Program-made: the position numbers and the translations under genes
Assembly: GCF_001194135.2 (NCBI RefSeq)
Contig: NC_068986.1
Span: 89,304,202-89,368,201 of the forward strand
Origin: Octopus bimaculoides
Taxonomy: Eukaryota
Length of the DNA stretch: 64,000 nt
Direction: 5' to 3'
The notes under the pieces: generated by a model
The model's database searches: none
What the model was told of the DNA's origin: nothing
The model's input: only the letters and a program-made list of their open reading frames with translations
Shown here: positions 50,990 to 64,000 of the stretch, piece by piece
How the letters are laid out: every line of letters starts with the position of its first letter
How positions within the stretch are numbered: the stretch's first letter is position 1

Positions 50990-51570
50990 CATAGACGTAA
51001 CAATGCGACAAGAATGATCCATTAGGAGCTCTGTGGAAATCGCGACCTACAAAGAGCAAAGATGGAGTATGAGCAAACACCCGAAGGAGTCACCTAGAAC
51101 GAAACTTGCAAAATCCTATGGGATGCAATGATCCAGTGCAATCACCTGACCAGATATCGAAAACCGGACATTGTCGTGGTGAAAAAAGAAAGAAAGAACA
51201 TGCATGATAATCGGTATAGCATGTCCGTGTGATAGCAGGATCAAAGAGAAAGAAGAAAAACTGAACAACTACGAGGAATTGAAATGGGAAATACACTGGT
51301 TATGGTCAATGAGGAGAGTAGACGTGGAACCAATAGTAATTGGCGCACTTGGAAGTATCAGCACTCAACTGCCAGCATGGCTCAAAAAGTTTGGTATAAA
51401 TGTAAAGGTAGAACACCTACAAAAATCAGCATTGCTTGGAACTGCAAGAATTCTTCGCAGGGTTCTTGAAGCATGACCAATAAATAAGTGTCACCTTAGT
51501 CTGCTAGCTAAGGACAGCTGATCCGTTCCATCATACCCAGCAAAATAAACTGTAAGTTTTTATCAAATAA
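50990..51570 (+). mobile_element. Third R4/Dong-like 3' fragment
   Basis: MIIGIACPCDSRIKEKEEKLNNYEELKWEIHWLWSMRRVDVEPIVIGALG..LQKSALLGTARILRRVL; flanked by TAA runs. Confidence 0.85.
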
Positions 51571-53299
51571 TAACAATAATAATAATAATAATCCTTCCTT
51601 TATTGGCCACAAACGCCGAACACAAAAACAAAATAAGGACAATACAAAATAACGAACAGGTGTGGTTTAAAATAAAAAATCGTGTAAACAATAAAAAACA
51701 AAAATTCTAACAAGAAAATTCCCCAATAGTAGAGCGTTTCACCTAGGGCCAAGCAGGGTACCCGCTACATCCTGGTCACCCCGACTGTCAAGGGCACCCC
51801 AGATAAGCACTGCTCTTCCCCGCAGGTACTCCGGCTTACAGGCAAATATTCAGAGTAGACCCATTCACACGAGCCATTTTTGCAACGTTCACCCAATTAT
51901 AGTGGTTTCTTTATATCTGTGCGTGCATGTACGTGTATTTCTGTGTGCGTGTGTGTGTGTGTATGTGTGTGTTTATGGGAAGTGTATATACATGTGTGTG
52001 CATGTGCATGCCTATATATATAAGCGTATGATGTGATATATGTATGCGAGTACAATAGCCTCTAGAAGATTTACGACCAACAAATCCCTCACCGAGTCAG
52101 CCGGAACCCTCGGTGCATTCGGTCACAACGTAATACAGAAATGGCAGGACATTTATCAAAGAGTTTAATGACAAATATTTAACTGCATATGGGAGAGTGT
52201 GTATGTACACATGACAGCAAGTTTGGGTACGGAAATAATTATATGTAGGTACTCACGCAAATAATCTTTTACTTTATGGTAAGATTTTTATTTTTTGTCT
52301 TATTTTCTTAATTACTCCCTGTTTTTGTCTATAATGTCGTAACAGGATCCGTCCGTCACCATTCCTACCTGACGGATTAAACATATTGTCGCTAACAACA
52401 TGCTGAAATTAAAACCGAGCATATGGCATAGTGGTTAAGAGCGCGGGCTACTAACCCCAAGATTCCGAGTTCGATTGCAGGCAGTGACCTGAATAATGAT
52501 AATAATAATAGTAATAATAATAATAACATCGAATAATACCTTAGGAATGAGAACCCAGGTTCAAAATTTCCACAAGACACCTGGTGAAGGCTGGAGGGTA
52601 TATCAGCCGAATCGTTGTGTTAACAACAAATTAGATGAGGACAAATATCCGTCAAATGTAAATAATGTAAATAACGTAGGATCGATTTGTTCGAATAAAC
52701 CTTTCAAGGAAGTCCTTCATCATGGCCGCAGTCCAATGACTGAAACAAGTAAATAGTATTGCTAACAGTATTACTAGCATTATCAGCATCATCGTCGTCG
52801 TCGTCATCATTGTTGTTGTAGTCGTTTCCTTGAAGTAGCAAAACACAAAAAGTTATTTTCTCAATTTACATATTTCTACAAAGAAATCGACACCACATTT
52901 TCCATACAAAACTACAAAACAATGGAACAAATACGACAATTCAGAACAAATTTAAAGAAAAGAGAGAAAATCTCATAATAGGGTTTAATTGAAAAGGAAT
53001 TTCATGGGGGTTCAAATCTAAAGACAAATCTTTAGATTCTGTCGCATGTTTCGTCAAACCCTCACACACATACGTGTATAAATGAATGATTACAATCACA
53101 ATAGTAGCACAGTACACGTTGAATATTTGGCAGTAAGTGGAATCAGGTCGGTAGCATTTGGTACGAATCATTAATTGGTATTTAATTGAATAAAAATATA
53201 TTACGAATTAATGCCAGCATTTTTATTTTCTATGCATTAAATCTATATTTAATTTTACATTTTTCTCCGATACATGATAAAGTTAAGTTCGACTGTACA

Positions 53300-53331
<32 letters not shown>

Positions 53332-53541
53332 NNNNNNNNNNNNNNNNNNNNNNNNNNNNNNNNNNNNNNNNNNNNNNNNNNNNNNNNNNNNNNNNNNNNN
53401 NNNNNNNNNNNNNNNNNNNNNNNNNNNNNNNNNNNNNNNNNNNNNNNNNNNNNNNNNNNNNNNNNNNNNNNNNNNNNNNNNNNNNNNNNNNNNNNNNNNN
53501 NNNNNNNNNNNNNNNNNNNNNNNNNNNNNNNNNNNNNNNNN

Positions 53542-53590
<49 letters not shown>

Positions 53591-53933
53591 ATATATATAT
53601 ATGTAAGTATATATATACAAAATATACATATATGTATATTCTTTTATGTGTATATGTGTGCACGTTTATTTAAGTATAAACTGTATATATAAACATCCAT
53701 AGGTATATGCGTGTGCGAGTGTGTGAATATTATATATATATACACGCACACACACACATACACATACAAATATAGCAATCTACTAAAAGTGTTGTAGGGG
53801 GTGCCATGGGTATATTTGCCCTAATAATACCTTTATACATACAGATTTTTAGGTTAAGAATTAAAATCACTCCACGATGAACTTTTTGTCTCTCAAGAAT
53901 CTATCGAATGAAGTGGCTTATGCGTTAATTGGA

Positions 53934-54004
<71 letters not shown>

Positions 54005-54419
54005 GGTGACGAACTGGCAGAATCGTTAGCATACTGGGCAATTTCAAACACTTGGAGCACTAAACTTAGCCATTTATATTAGTACAATAAAAGAGACAAA
54101 AAGAATTAGAAGGATAAACTTTAATTTTAATGTCCTAACAACAGCAAGAATACCAACAACAGCAGCATTTCATCATTTGCCAAATTTGTGGTGTAAAAGA
54201 AGTGTAAACGTCAAAAAGAGCAGAGCCCCGTTTCCTTACACACACACACACATACACACACACACACACACACGCACACACCAACGTTCACACACACACA
54301 AATATATATACATATAACTATAATTATGTGGAGAATGGAGAAACAAACACAAGAAGAAACAAGTCAATTGGGCTAGTTAGCCATTGATTTAATATGTATA
54401 CATATATATATATTTCGGA

Positions 54420-56000
54420 TTAGTCATTCTATTTTCTTGCCAAATAACCTATTCAACACTGTCTCTGGGATATGGTGACTTGTACATGGGATTATCTTTC
54501 TTGTTTTATGACGTATGTCTCTTAATTCTTCTTTAGTCCAGTTCAGGAAAGCAACAGAATATCGTATTAGAGACACCACCCATGTGTTTACTGCAGACAT
54601 ACTTTTCTCTCCATTCAGTTTTGAGATTACCACCTATTTTACTCTAAAGAGATATTCATTTCTCATCTCTTTCATTTCTTGAGAGAGAATTCTATCTGTC
54701 TCCAATACACTATGGTACTTGTAACTCACACCGTCATTCATTGCCCGGAATGATGTCTCATCTGGGAGTTTCATCCCTTCTAGCTTGGATGTTTTTCCGC
54801 TCTTTATTACTGGCACCGCACATCTACCTTTTTCAGATTCCATGCCAATGTCATCATTCATAGCTCTAACAGTTTGAACCAGTGAATCTAAAGCTTTCTC
54901 ACTTTCGGCAAATAATTTCAGGTCGTCCATAAATAGGAGGTGTTTCATTTTCTTACAACTGCTGAATTTGTAGCATAGTTTAACTTCTCTCTAGATAAAC
55001 GTAAGTGGGATACGAGCAACCATGAATGCCATTGGGGAGAAAGAGTGTATCACCTTGGAATATTCCCTTACTTATGCTGACTTGACATTAATATAGTTCT
55101 CCATTTTGGCATATTGTTTTGTTAGAGCTGGACAACATTTTCAGCAATCCAAATTATATTGAGACATTCTAGGCTCCATGACAGTGGCACATTTTCACAT
55201 GCCTTTTGGTTATCAATCCATGTAGTTGCTAAGTTTCTCTTCCTGCTTTTGACCTGTCGCAGAACTTGTTGATCTTTATATTATAACCTACTTGTCCCTT
55301 TAGAACCTTTGTTACATCCTTTATTCTTCTGACAGATATATATTTATATATATCTTCTGCAAGAAAACCTTTTAGCAACTTTCATATCAGTAGAAGGCAA
55401 GTTATTGAGCGGTAGTTACCTGCAATATTTACCTTCTTTTGGTCTTTCCATATCAACACCATCCTGCCTTTCGTCATCCATTCAGGAATAATCCCCCGTC
55501 TCACTACAACTATTTAGGAGTGTGTTCGATCTTTCATGGAGCGCAGTGTAACGTCTTAGCTAAAATCTTTGGACCAGATCTGGTCCTGGAGATTTCATGT
55601 TTGGCATCCCTTTCAAGACATTTTTCAACTATTCTCCTGTGATCCCTATTTTTGATTTGGAAAATCTGCTTATTTGACTTTATCTGTTTTATCTGCGTAG
55701 TTATTGTACTTCACATAGTGGCTCCAAATATTTCTCCAGAGTTCCTTTGTCTCTTCCTTGTTTGATGGTACGTTCAGTGTAACATCACCATTTATTTCCT
55801 CGTGAAATCTACTTTGATCTGTTTTGAACAGCTTATATTCTCTAAACTGTTCAATTCTGTTAATGAATCTCTTGATCTTTGCAGCTTTCACGTTTATCGT
55901 TTGTTTTAATTCTTCCATTAATCTCCTATATCCTTTTTGCTGCAGAGAGTGCTTTCTTCGGATTGCTTCAAGGAATCTAGTTTTATCTTATCCCCGTTGC
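54420..56000 (-). mobile_element. R4/Dong-like reverse transcriptase fragment
   Basis: HLLFMDDLKLFAESEKALDSLV; AVNTWVVSLIRYSVAFLNWTKEEL; RFINRIEQFREYKLFKTDQSRF. Confidence 0.85.
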
Positions 56001-56287
56001 TAATAATCTCTACTCTCGCAAGGGCTTTTCGCAACTAGTCTACCTGTCCCTACAGAAGCTTTTCCCCTAGGGTTTATCTTTATATGCATAAATACAACAT
56101 GCATATATACAACATTTACACACACACGCACACACACACACACACACAGATAGATAGATAGATAGATAGACAGATGTTCTTTGTTCAAATCGCATGGATT
56201 ATNNNNNNNNNNNNNNNNNNNNNNNNNNNNNNNNNNNNNNNNNNNNNNNNNNNNNNNNNNNNNNNNNNNNNNNNNNNNNNNNNNNNN

Positions 56288-56318
<31 letters not shown>

Positions 56319-57908
56319 CTTTAATAACTGCACCTACAGCAACAGCACGTGCAGTAAAAGTTTGAACAACAGCAGCAGCAGTAACAATAGTAGTAGTAGT
56401 AGTTGATATAGCAGCAATAGCTGGTGTGGCTGGTGTGGTATGCCTTTAACGAGATGAGGAATCAGTAAAAGATAAAACTTGCAGAGAGATGTTAGGTTCC
56501 AATGATGCCTTAATTTTCTAGAAATTCTATGCCATTATTTCCCCACCTATCTCCCTACATCTCTCTCTTTCTCTCTATTTCTCTCTTTCTCTTTCTCTCT
56601 CTCTCTCGCTCGCTCGCACTGTGCGTGTTTCTCTCTCTCCCTCTTTGTATCCCTTTCCTTGTCTCTTACTTCACTCTCTCCCTCTTTCTCTTTCTACCCA
56701 ATTACTGCGTGGAATTAATTGAATTTTCTACTCAAAAACATGAAGATTTCATTAATAGATGAAGTTATTTCCGATGTCTCATTCAGATTCCTAAAATAAT
56801 TGTCAATCTTTGTTGTTTTTGTTGTTCGTGTTGCTGTCGTTGTTGTATGTGCCGTTGTCGTTGTTACGATTGTTATTGTTGTTTTGTTAATGTTGCTGAG
56901 GCTGTTGTTTATGTATGTTGAATGTCGTGCAAGAGACTTCACCTTATAATCGTTGTTGTTGTTGTTGTTTAACCATAGGTCAGACGTAGCCGTGATTATC
57001 CCGTCATTTATTCAAACATAGTCTAAATTGGAGTACATATTCGACTTTTCCCTTTTTTTGTTTTTAAAGACAGCATGTGATATTCAAAGATATGGCCCTA
57101 GTTTCTAGTTTGCTGAGCGACAAAATAGCAATCTCTCTCATTATTTCGTTCCCTTACTGTTGTTTCAAATGTTGTTTCTATGATTGACAGGAAGTAACTA
57201 AGTCCCTTCCTTTACAACTGAAATGCATCTAATAAATTGAACGGGAGTAATCTACGGAACTTTGCAAGCTAGATTCACTTTACTTGATCTCACACTTACA
57301 CATTGCGCATAAAACTTTATACCATAAGGTTTCGCTAATAAGCGTGAACGCTTCCAAAAGCCAGCCCAGCGGGTCAGACGGATAATCTGCTCGAACATAT
57401 CCCCAGATTAATGTCTACGGAGAAGAAACCAGAAATCATTGCAGCAGTGTGAACTAAAAACACCTCTTGAAGTGGCGGTGTTAAACAGGGTGCCACGTTA
57501 GGGCTATTAGAGTAGTTTTATATCTTATGTTAGGGCTATTAGAATAGTCTTTTTATGTTATGTAAATCATTAGATCTGATGTTATTGTTCTGATACTTTG
57601 TTGTTATTGCTGAGTTTATTAGAGGCGTCAATGGCAGAAGAGCTTTTAGTGTACTCGAGAAAATAGCTGGCAATGCTTAGCGACCGAGACACTAATGTAG
57701 GGCATAAAAAGCTTTGAAGTGCAGGATGACAGCTGAATCTCTAATGCAGGGGCAAAATCCCTTGTGAGGTACAGCCATTAGTACAAGGGACAAAATACTT
57801 CGTGGTTATCCAGTTGTATCTTGTTTTGTTCCCAACTTTGAACTGCAGGTTCTCAAAGTTGATGACATAAGTACAAGTAATATACTGACTTAAGATATTT
57901 GTGTAACC

Positions 57909-57958
<50 letters not shown>

Positions 57959-58639
57959 CAGTTGTGATGGTTTGGGGTGGTATTTAAAGCTTAGTCAACC
58001 TTAAACAGATCTACAGCATCATGCTTTCTGGCTATTCTTCGAGGAGTAATGTACGGTAACTTGCATCCGTTTTGTAAGAATTCAAAATGTTTAGCTAAAG
58101 ATATATGCCATGCCTTGAAAACATGGCTGCATTTGTTACTGAATATACATATTGTCACCATGCTGTTCTCATTTTATCACTGTGTATTTTCCATGATATT
58201 TTTCTTAGGAGGAAAAGCCAAAGCGCATGACCTATGACGCTTAAAGGGCTTCCGAGATGAATAGGAGGGATGGAGGCATACTGAAACCATATTTGGGACC
58301 TGAATGTTTGTAATAACATGGACATCTCCCTAAACGCTGTGATGGTGGTGATAGGTAGTGAGAGGATGATAGTGATGGTGGTGGTATAAACTAAACTGTT
58401 AGTCGTGGGTTAATAAAATCCACCTAAAGTTCACCCCTTTCAACATCTTGCAAGTCATAAAGAAATAATTCTTTAAATAATTTATTTTCTCAGAATCTTT
58501 CTACTTTTATATATTTTAGGAATTTCTTCATCAATGGATCCAAAAGCTTGATGGAAATTTTGGATCCATTGAACATTATCTTCTTATGTTAGTATGTCCT
58601 TTTAATGTTTTATAATATCAAACTTTCCACTTGCGTTTG

Positions 58640-58990
58640 TGTTGTAACTTGTAAATTTTTATTCCTATATCATATCGTGTGAATGTATAATTCACTATGT
58701 CTTATATCATGTCGATGTTTTCTGTTTTTAAAATGCCTACGTATTTATAAATATTTTAAATATTTTTAAATATTTTAAAATATTTTTATCTTTATATGCT
58801 TGTGTTGTAACATGTAAAAAATTTTTTTATTCCTTTATACTATATCGTGTGAATGTATAATTCACTATGTCTTATATCATATCGACGTTTTTTATATCTA
58901 TTTATGTATCTATTTATGTATTTATATATTTTTAAAATGCCTACGTATTTCTAGATATTTTTAAATATTTTTAAATATTTTTAAATATTT
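58640..58990. repeat. Imperfect direct tandem duplication (unit ~160-190 bp)
   Basis: ttgtgttgtaac..tatcgtgtgaatgtataattcactatgtcttatatcat..ttttaaaatgcctacgtattt occurs twice. Confidence 0.8.
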
Positions 58991-59169
58991 ACGTGCTTTC
59001 AAATATTTATATGTTTATATGCTTGTATGTTTTATACTTCTATTATTCTGAGCTTTATATTGCTTCATTGATGTCGAAAAAAATACACATATATATGGAA
59101 TGTTCTGCTGGATGATAGGTCTGGTTCCTCTAGTTTTCCGCTCGTATTTTCTCCATTCAAATTATATAT

Positions 59170-60078
59170 ATACTATAATAGTGTATAAATACACGAAGAG
59201 AAGACTCTCGATAGGACTTCTTACTTTCTCGAAACGGCAGCCATAACCCAAACCACTAAAAAAATTCTCAAGGCACGTCGCTTGTGGGCAACTGGAATGA
59301 ATGAAAATTCGGTAAACCTTATATTCATGAGTTTCGCTTTTAACGACGAAATAAATCAATTAATCAATTGATCGATTAGCCATATGTAGCTTGTCAGTAA
59401 GGTTGCTTGGTTGTGACTGCCCTTTCTAGGATGTAAGAAGTTCTATCAAGGGTCTTCAGTTCGTGTATTTATACACTTCTTATAAACAAATATTTTACGT
59501 TTTATGACTTTTATTACACATGCACACCACTGGAAATAAATTATTTTAATATTTTTTTACCTTTATATTTATATAGTTAAATCTTTCAATTCTTATGCCA
59601 GTTAGTACATGATTGAATTTAGTCACTGCTGTATTATTCTGTACTATGCTGCTGCACTATTCTAAGTACGTTGAGACACTAGGTGTATAAATATGCAATT
59701 GAGTGCGCGCATAGTTACTTTGAGTTCTCGGTACGTATTTCAGTTTCATAATTATTCGTTTTTTTCCCAGCGACCTTACTGACGAGCTATAGATGGCTAA
59801 TTGATCAACTGATTAATTGATTTATTTGGTCATGAATAGCGAAAAACTTGAGTATAAGGTTTACTGAAATTTTATTCATTCTAGTGCCCACAAGCAACGT
59901 GCCTTAAGAATTTTTTTTGTTTCGTGGTTTGGGTCGTGATTACCCTTTCCAGCATGTAAGAAGTCCTATCGAGGGTCTCCTCATCGTGTATTTATTCACT
60001 CTTTTAAACAAATATTTTATGTCTCATGATATCTATTATACATGTGGACCACGGGTAATAAATTATTTTAATAATTTT

Positions 60079-60090
<12 letters not shown>
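59170..60090. repeat. Foldback / MITE-like inverted-repeat cluster
   Basis: 59181-59410 is an inverted copy of ~59765-60000. 59181-59255 is also inverted against 59400-59477. 59400-59570 is a direct copy of ~59925-60090. Confidence 0.75.
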
Positions 60091-60115
<25 letters not shown>

Positions 60116-60119
60116 GGAG

Positions 60120-61130
60120 AATTCACAAAAAAACAACCGACGAAGACAGGTGATGTAGACAACTAACAGATGTATTAGTTTAACGCTCGGAAAGAGAAAA
60201 TGTCTTTAACGTTTCGAGCCTACGCACTTCCACAGAAAGGAACACAGAGACAAACAAGGAGACAAAATTAAAAAAATCTGTAGTGGCTAGCGATCTATCA
60301 TGGCGAATGCCGGACAGAGGGGTCACACAGGAGAGCTGGGAAGAAGAGAAGATAATAATGTAGTGGTGATCCCAAAACGAAGGTGCGCGTGCGTGTGTAT
60401 AAGAGAGCATGTATGTGCGTGTGGAAGAGGGCTGGTGACCTTGACGTGTGCGTCTGTGTATGTGTAGGTGTGTGGATGTGGGGTTGGAAGGTGGTCAGTG
60501 CTAGTGTGTGCGTGGTGGTGTGATGTGATGTGATGTGCTTGTGTGATATAGTGGTGTATGGTGTAGTGGTGTGTGGTATGTTGTGATGGTGTTGGGATAT
60601 GGGAGAGGCGAGAGTAGGGAAAGCAAGGGTGGGGTGTGGGTTAAGCTAAGGGTGGGGTAGAGGTGGGGTATGATGGTAGGCTGAGGGTGGGAGTTGGTAT
60701 AAGGGGTAGGGTGGGGGTGCGATGGGATTGATAGGGAAGGATGACTTTGGATTGTGTGGTGGGGTTACGATGTAGGGGGTGACGATTAAGGGAGAGGGGG
60801 AATGGAGAAGGTGGTTAGGAGTAAAGAGAAGAGAGAAGGAGAGTAGGAGTGAAGAGAAGGAGTCGGAGCAAGATAGGAGGGGTGGGTGGGAGGAAGTAGG
60901 TGTGAGAGGGAGAGAGGAGAGGGGAAGAGTTGAGCCTATGTGGCACAAAGGACGAAGAGAGAAGATTAATCCCTGTTCACAGCGCAAACGGGAGTCCGGG
61001 TGGCCTTGTGCTAGGACAATCCGAACATAGACAGGTGTTGCAATGAGTGACCGATAGAGCGGAAATGGCCTGAGACCGGGGAGTCATTGCCGAGTCGGAT
61101 ATCTCGGAGGTGTTCACAAACACACACACA
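60120..61130 (-). mobile_element. Penelope-like element 3' part (GIY-YIG C-terminus, pyrimidine-rich UTR, terminal repeat)
   Basis: Minus strand reads EHLRDIRLGNDSPVSGHFRSIGHSLQHLSMFGL..EQGLIFSL; hammerhead-like motif at 60204-60239. Confidence 0.75.
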
Positions 61131-61176
61131 TACATGTGCATAAATCTATAAATATATATATGTAGATACATGTAGA

Positions 61177-61229
<53 letters not shown>

Positions 61230-61780
61230 NNNNNNNNNNNNNNNNNNNNNNNNNNNNNNNNNNNNNNNNNNNNNNNNNNNNNNNNNNNNNNNNNNNNNNN
61301 NNNNNNNNNNNNNNNNNNNNNNNNNNNNNNNNNNNNNNNNNNNNNNNNNNNNNNNNNNNNNNNNNNNNNNNNNNNNNNNNNNNNNNNNNNNNNNNNNNNN
61401 NNNNNNNNNNNNNNNNNNNNNNNNNNNNNNNNNNNNNNNNNNNNNNNNNNNNNNNNNNNNNNNNNNNNNNNNNNNNNNNNNNNNNNNNNNNNNNNNNNNN
61501 NNNNNNNNNNNNNNNNNNNNNNNNNNNNNNNNNNNNNNNNNNNNNNNNNNNNNNNNNNNNNNNNNNNNNNNNNNNNNNNNNNNNNNNNNNNNNNNNNNNN
61601 NNNNNNNNNNNNNNNNNNNNNNNNNNNNNNNNNNNNNNNNNNNNNNNNNNNNNNNNNNNNNNNNNNNNNNNNNNNNNNNNNNNNNNNNNNNNNNNNNNNN
61701 NNNNNNNNNNNNNNNNNNNNNNNNNNNNNNNNNNNNNNNNNNNNNNNNNNNNNNNNNNNNNNNNNNNNNNNNNNNNNNNN

Positions 61781-61816
<36 letters not shown>

Positions 61817-64000
61817 TTACACACACATGCATACACATTATCCAATAGGGCGCTATCATCTACAATATGCTGTATATTTGAGTTATCATGAATATACAGT
61901 CATATAGTGTTAGATTATTTATATTTTGCAATAAATGATGAGTTCACACAAATGTATAATTACTTACAAATGCGTACGCGTACATACATACATATATATT
62001 AGTGTATATGTGTGCAGATATATGAGTATGTATGACTTCAAGTTCATGGATAACCACTTATTCTCTCCCATGCAGATATATGCATCGAAAATGCACATAA
62101 TACGCATACAAGTGTGAACGTCTCTTCATTCTTATTCAAACATACACATTCCATTCACACCAACAGTCACATACGGATACGTACACTTCCATAAACGCAT
62201 AGATACATACAGAGGCAGGTGCACATATACACATATAGACTGACGCAGGCGTAGACACACATATTTCCCACACACACCACTAACGAAAGCCAGATGTCTT
62301 GATGCCTTCTTAATGCAATGGTAAATTAATTCCCTAAGTTTGATCCTGTGTTATATCGAGGTATGGAACACTCAACGGCAACACGATCACAGCGACCACT
62401 GTTGAGTGTACTAATGCTATAGCCACTATCACTGTTATTTCTACTTCTAATAAACACTGCTACGTGCATCAAATGTTACTGTTATCACAAACATCCACAA
62501 TTGCTATTACTGCTACTTCCTCGCTAGAATAATCACATCATATACTCTTTTACTCTTTTACTTGTTTCAGTCATTTGACTGCGGCCATGCTGGAGCACCG
62601 CCTTTAATCGAGTAAATCGACCCCCAGTACTTATTCTATCGGTCTATTTTGCCGAACCGCTAAGTACGGGACGTAAACACACCAGCATCGNNNNNNNNNN
62701 NNNNNNNNNNNNNNNNNNNNNNNNNNNNNNNNNNNNNNNNNNNNNNNNNNNNNNNNNNNNNNNNNNNNNNNNNNNNNNNNNNNNNNNNNNNNNNNNNNNN
62801 NNNNNNNNNNNNNNNNNNNNNNNNNNNNNNNNNNNNNNNNNNNNNNNNNNNNNNNNNNNNNNNNNNNNNNNNNNNNNNNNNNNNNNNNNNNNNNNNNNNN
62901 NNNNNNNNNNNNNNNNNNNNNNNNNNNNNNNNNNNNNNNNNNNNNNNNNNNNNNNNNNNNNNNNNNNNNNNNNNNNNNNNNNNTATATATATACATATAT
63001 ATATACATATACATATATACGACGGGCTTCTTTCAGTTTCCGTCTACCAAATCCGCTCACAAGGCTTTGGTCGGCCCGAGGCTATTGTAGAAGACACTTG
63101 CCCAAGGTACCACGCAGTGGGACTGAACCCGGAACCATGTGGTTGGTAAGCAAGCTACTTTACCACACAGCCACTCCTGCGCCTATACTATATGACGGGG
63201 TGAGCGCGAACGCAAACCCCACACTTAGAAATAGCGCACCCGAGTCGCCCACATTTGGGGCGATCGCAAAGGTCAACCCAACCGGAGTGCAATGGAAGGG
63301 CTTCAATTTGGGAGAACCACCTTGAGGATTATGGTTTACTCCTGTGCCAGGTAAGTATATATATATAGTGAAATAACTTTCTTAGGGAACACCAGCCATT
63401 TTGAGAAAAACTAGTAGATACCATCGATACCAGTATTCTACTGGTATTTTATTTATGGTTTCCCGAAAAGCTGTCAAGCGAAGTTAACTTTAGCGATAAT
63501 TGAACCCAGAATGCAAATGCCACAAGATATATTTTCGACGTTCTCACAACATTGCGAACCTACTGCTCTTGTGTAGTGAAATAATCAAATATATGCTGTA
63601 ATATATTGTAAAACATAGAGGCATGGCAATGTGGTAAGACACTTACTTCCCAACCACATGGTTCTGGGTTCAGTCCCACTGTGTGGCACCTTGCGCAAGT
63701 GTCTTTTATTAAAGCCTCGGGCTGGCCAAAGCCTTGTGAGTGGATTTAGTAGACAGAAACTGAAAGAAGCCCGTCCGGTCACTTACTTAGCCATATAATA
63801 TTATAATTCGTACGTAACCTTATCATTTCGCATTTGTCTTGCTGCTATATGTTGGTCCCCTGATGATGAATATATGTGCAATTCCAGCACCTCTTACTTC
63901 TTTGGAGCAGAATGCACATATATTTTGAAATATGTAGGAATTAAAGGAACTTTTGTTTATATGCGTTTTGCTCCATTTATTATTATCATTCATATATATA

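Overview
AT-rich, microsatellite- and transposon-rich animal genomic DNA with N-gaps at (AT)n runs. The SINE, LINE and Penelope content looks most like an octopus/cephalopod draft scaffold; this is inferred, not verified. The main discovery is invisible in the ORF track because each exon is under 35 codons. A plus-strand gene is built from at least 17 short exons between 2703 and 34626, strictly alternating type A (phase 2->1, 86-92 nt, 3 Cys) and type B (phase 1->2, 91-100 nt, 3 Cys). They splice at canonical AG/GT sites into one stop-free frame of about 520 aa with 51 Cys, i.e. about 8.5 copies of a ~60-aa six-cysteine module. The modules show a higher-order four-exon periodicity, alignable intron flanks and strongly diversified non-Cys residues. 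I do not recognise the protein family. Its 5' end is probably upstream of the window and its 3' end is unresolved. Downstream is a ~1.9-kb diverged duplication (about 37150-39060 and 42630-44490) carrying a plus-strand exon-like segment and a minus-strand TATA/Inr promoter with a small ORF. The rest is TE debris: one full-length defective mariner, hAT, Gypsy, Penelope (with hammerhead-like motifs), RTE, CR1-like, Tx1/L1-like, R4/Dong-like LINEs and several tRNA-derived SINE families.
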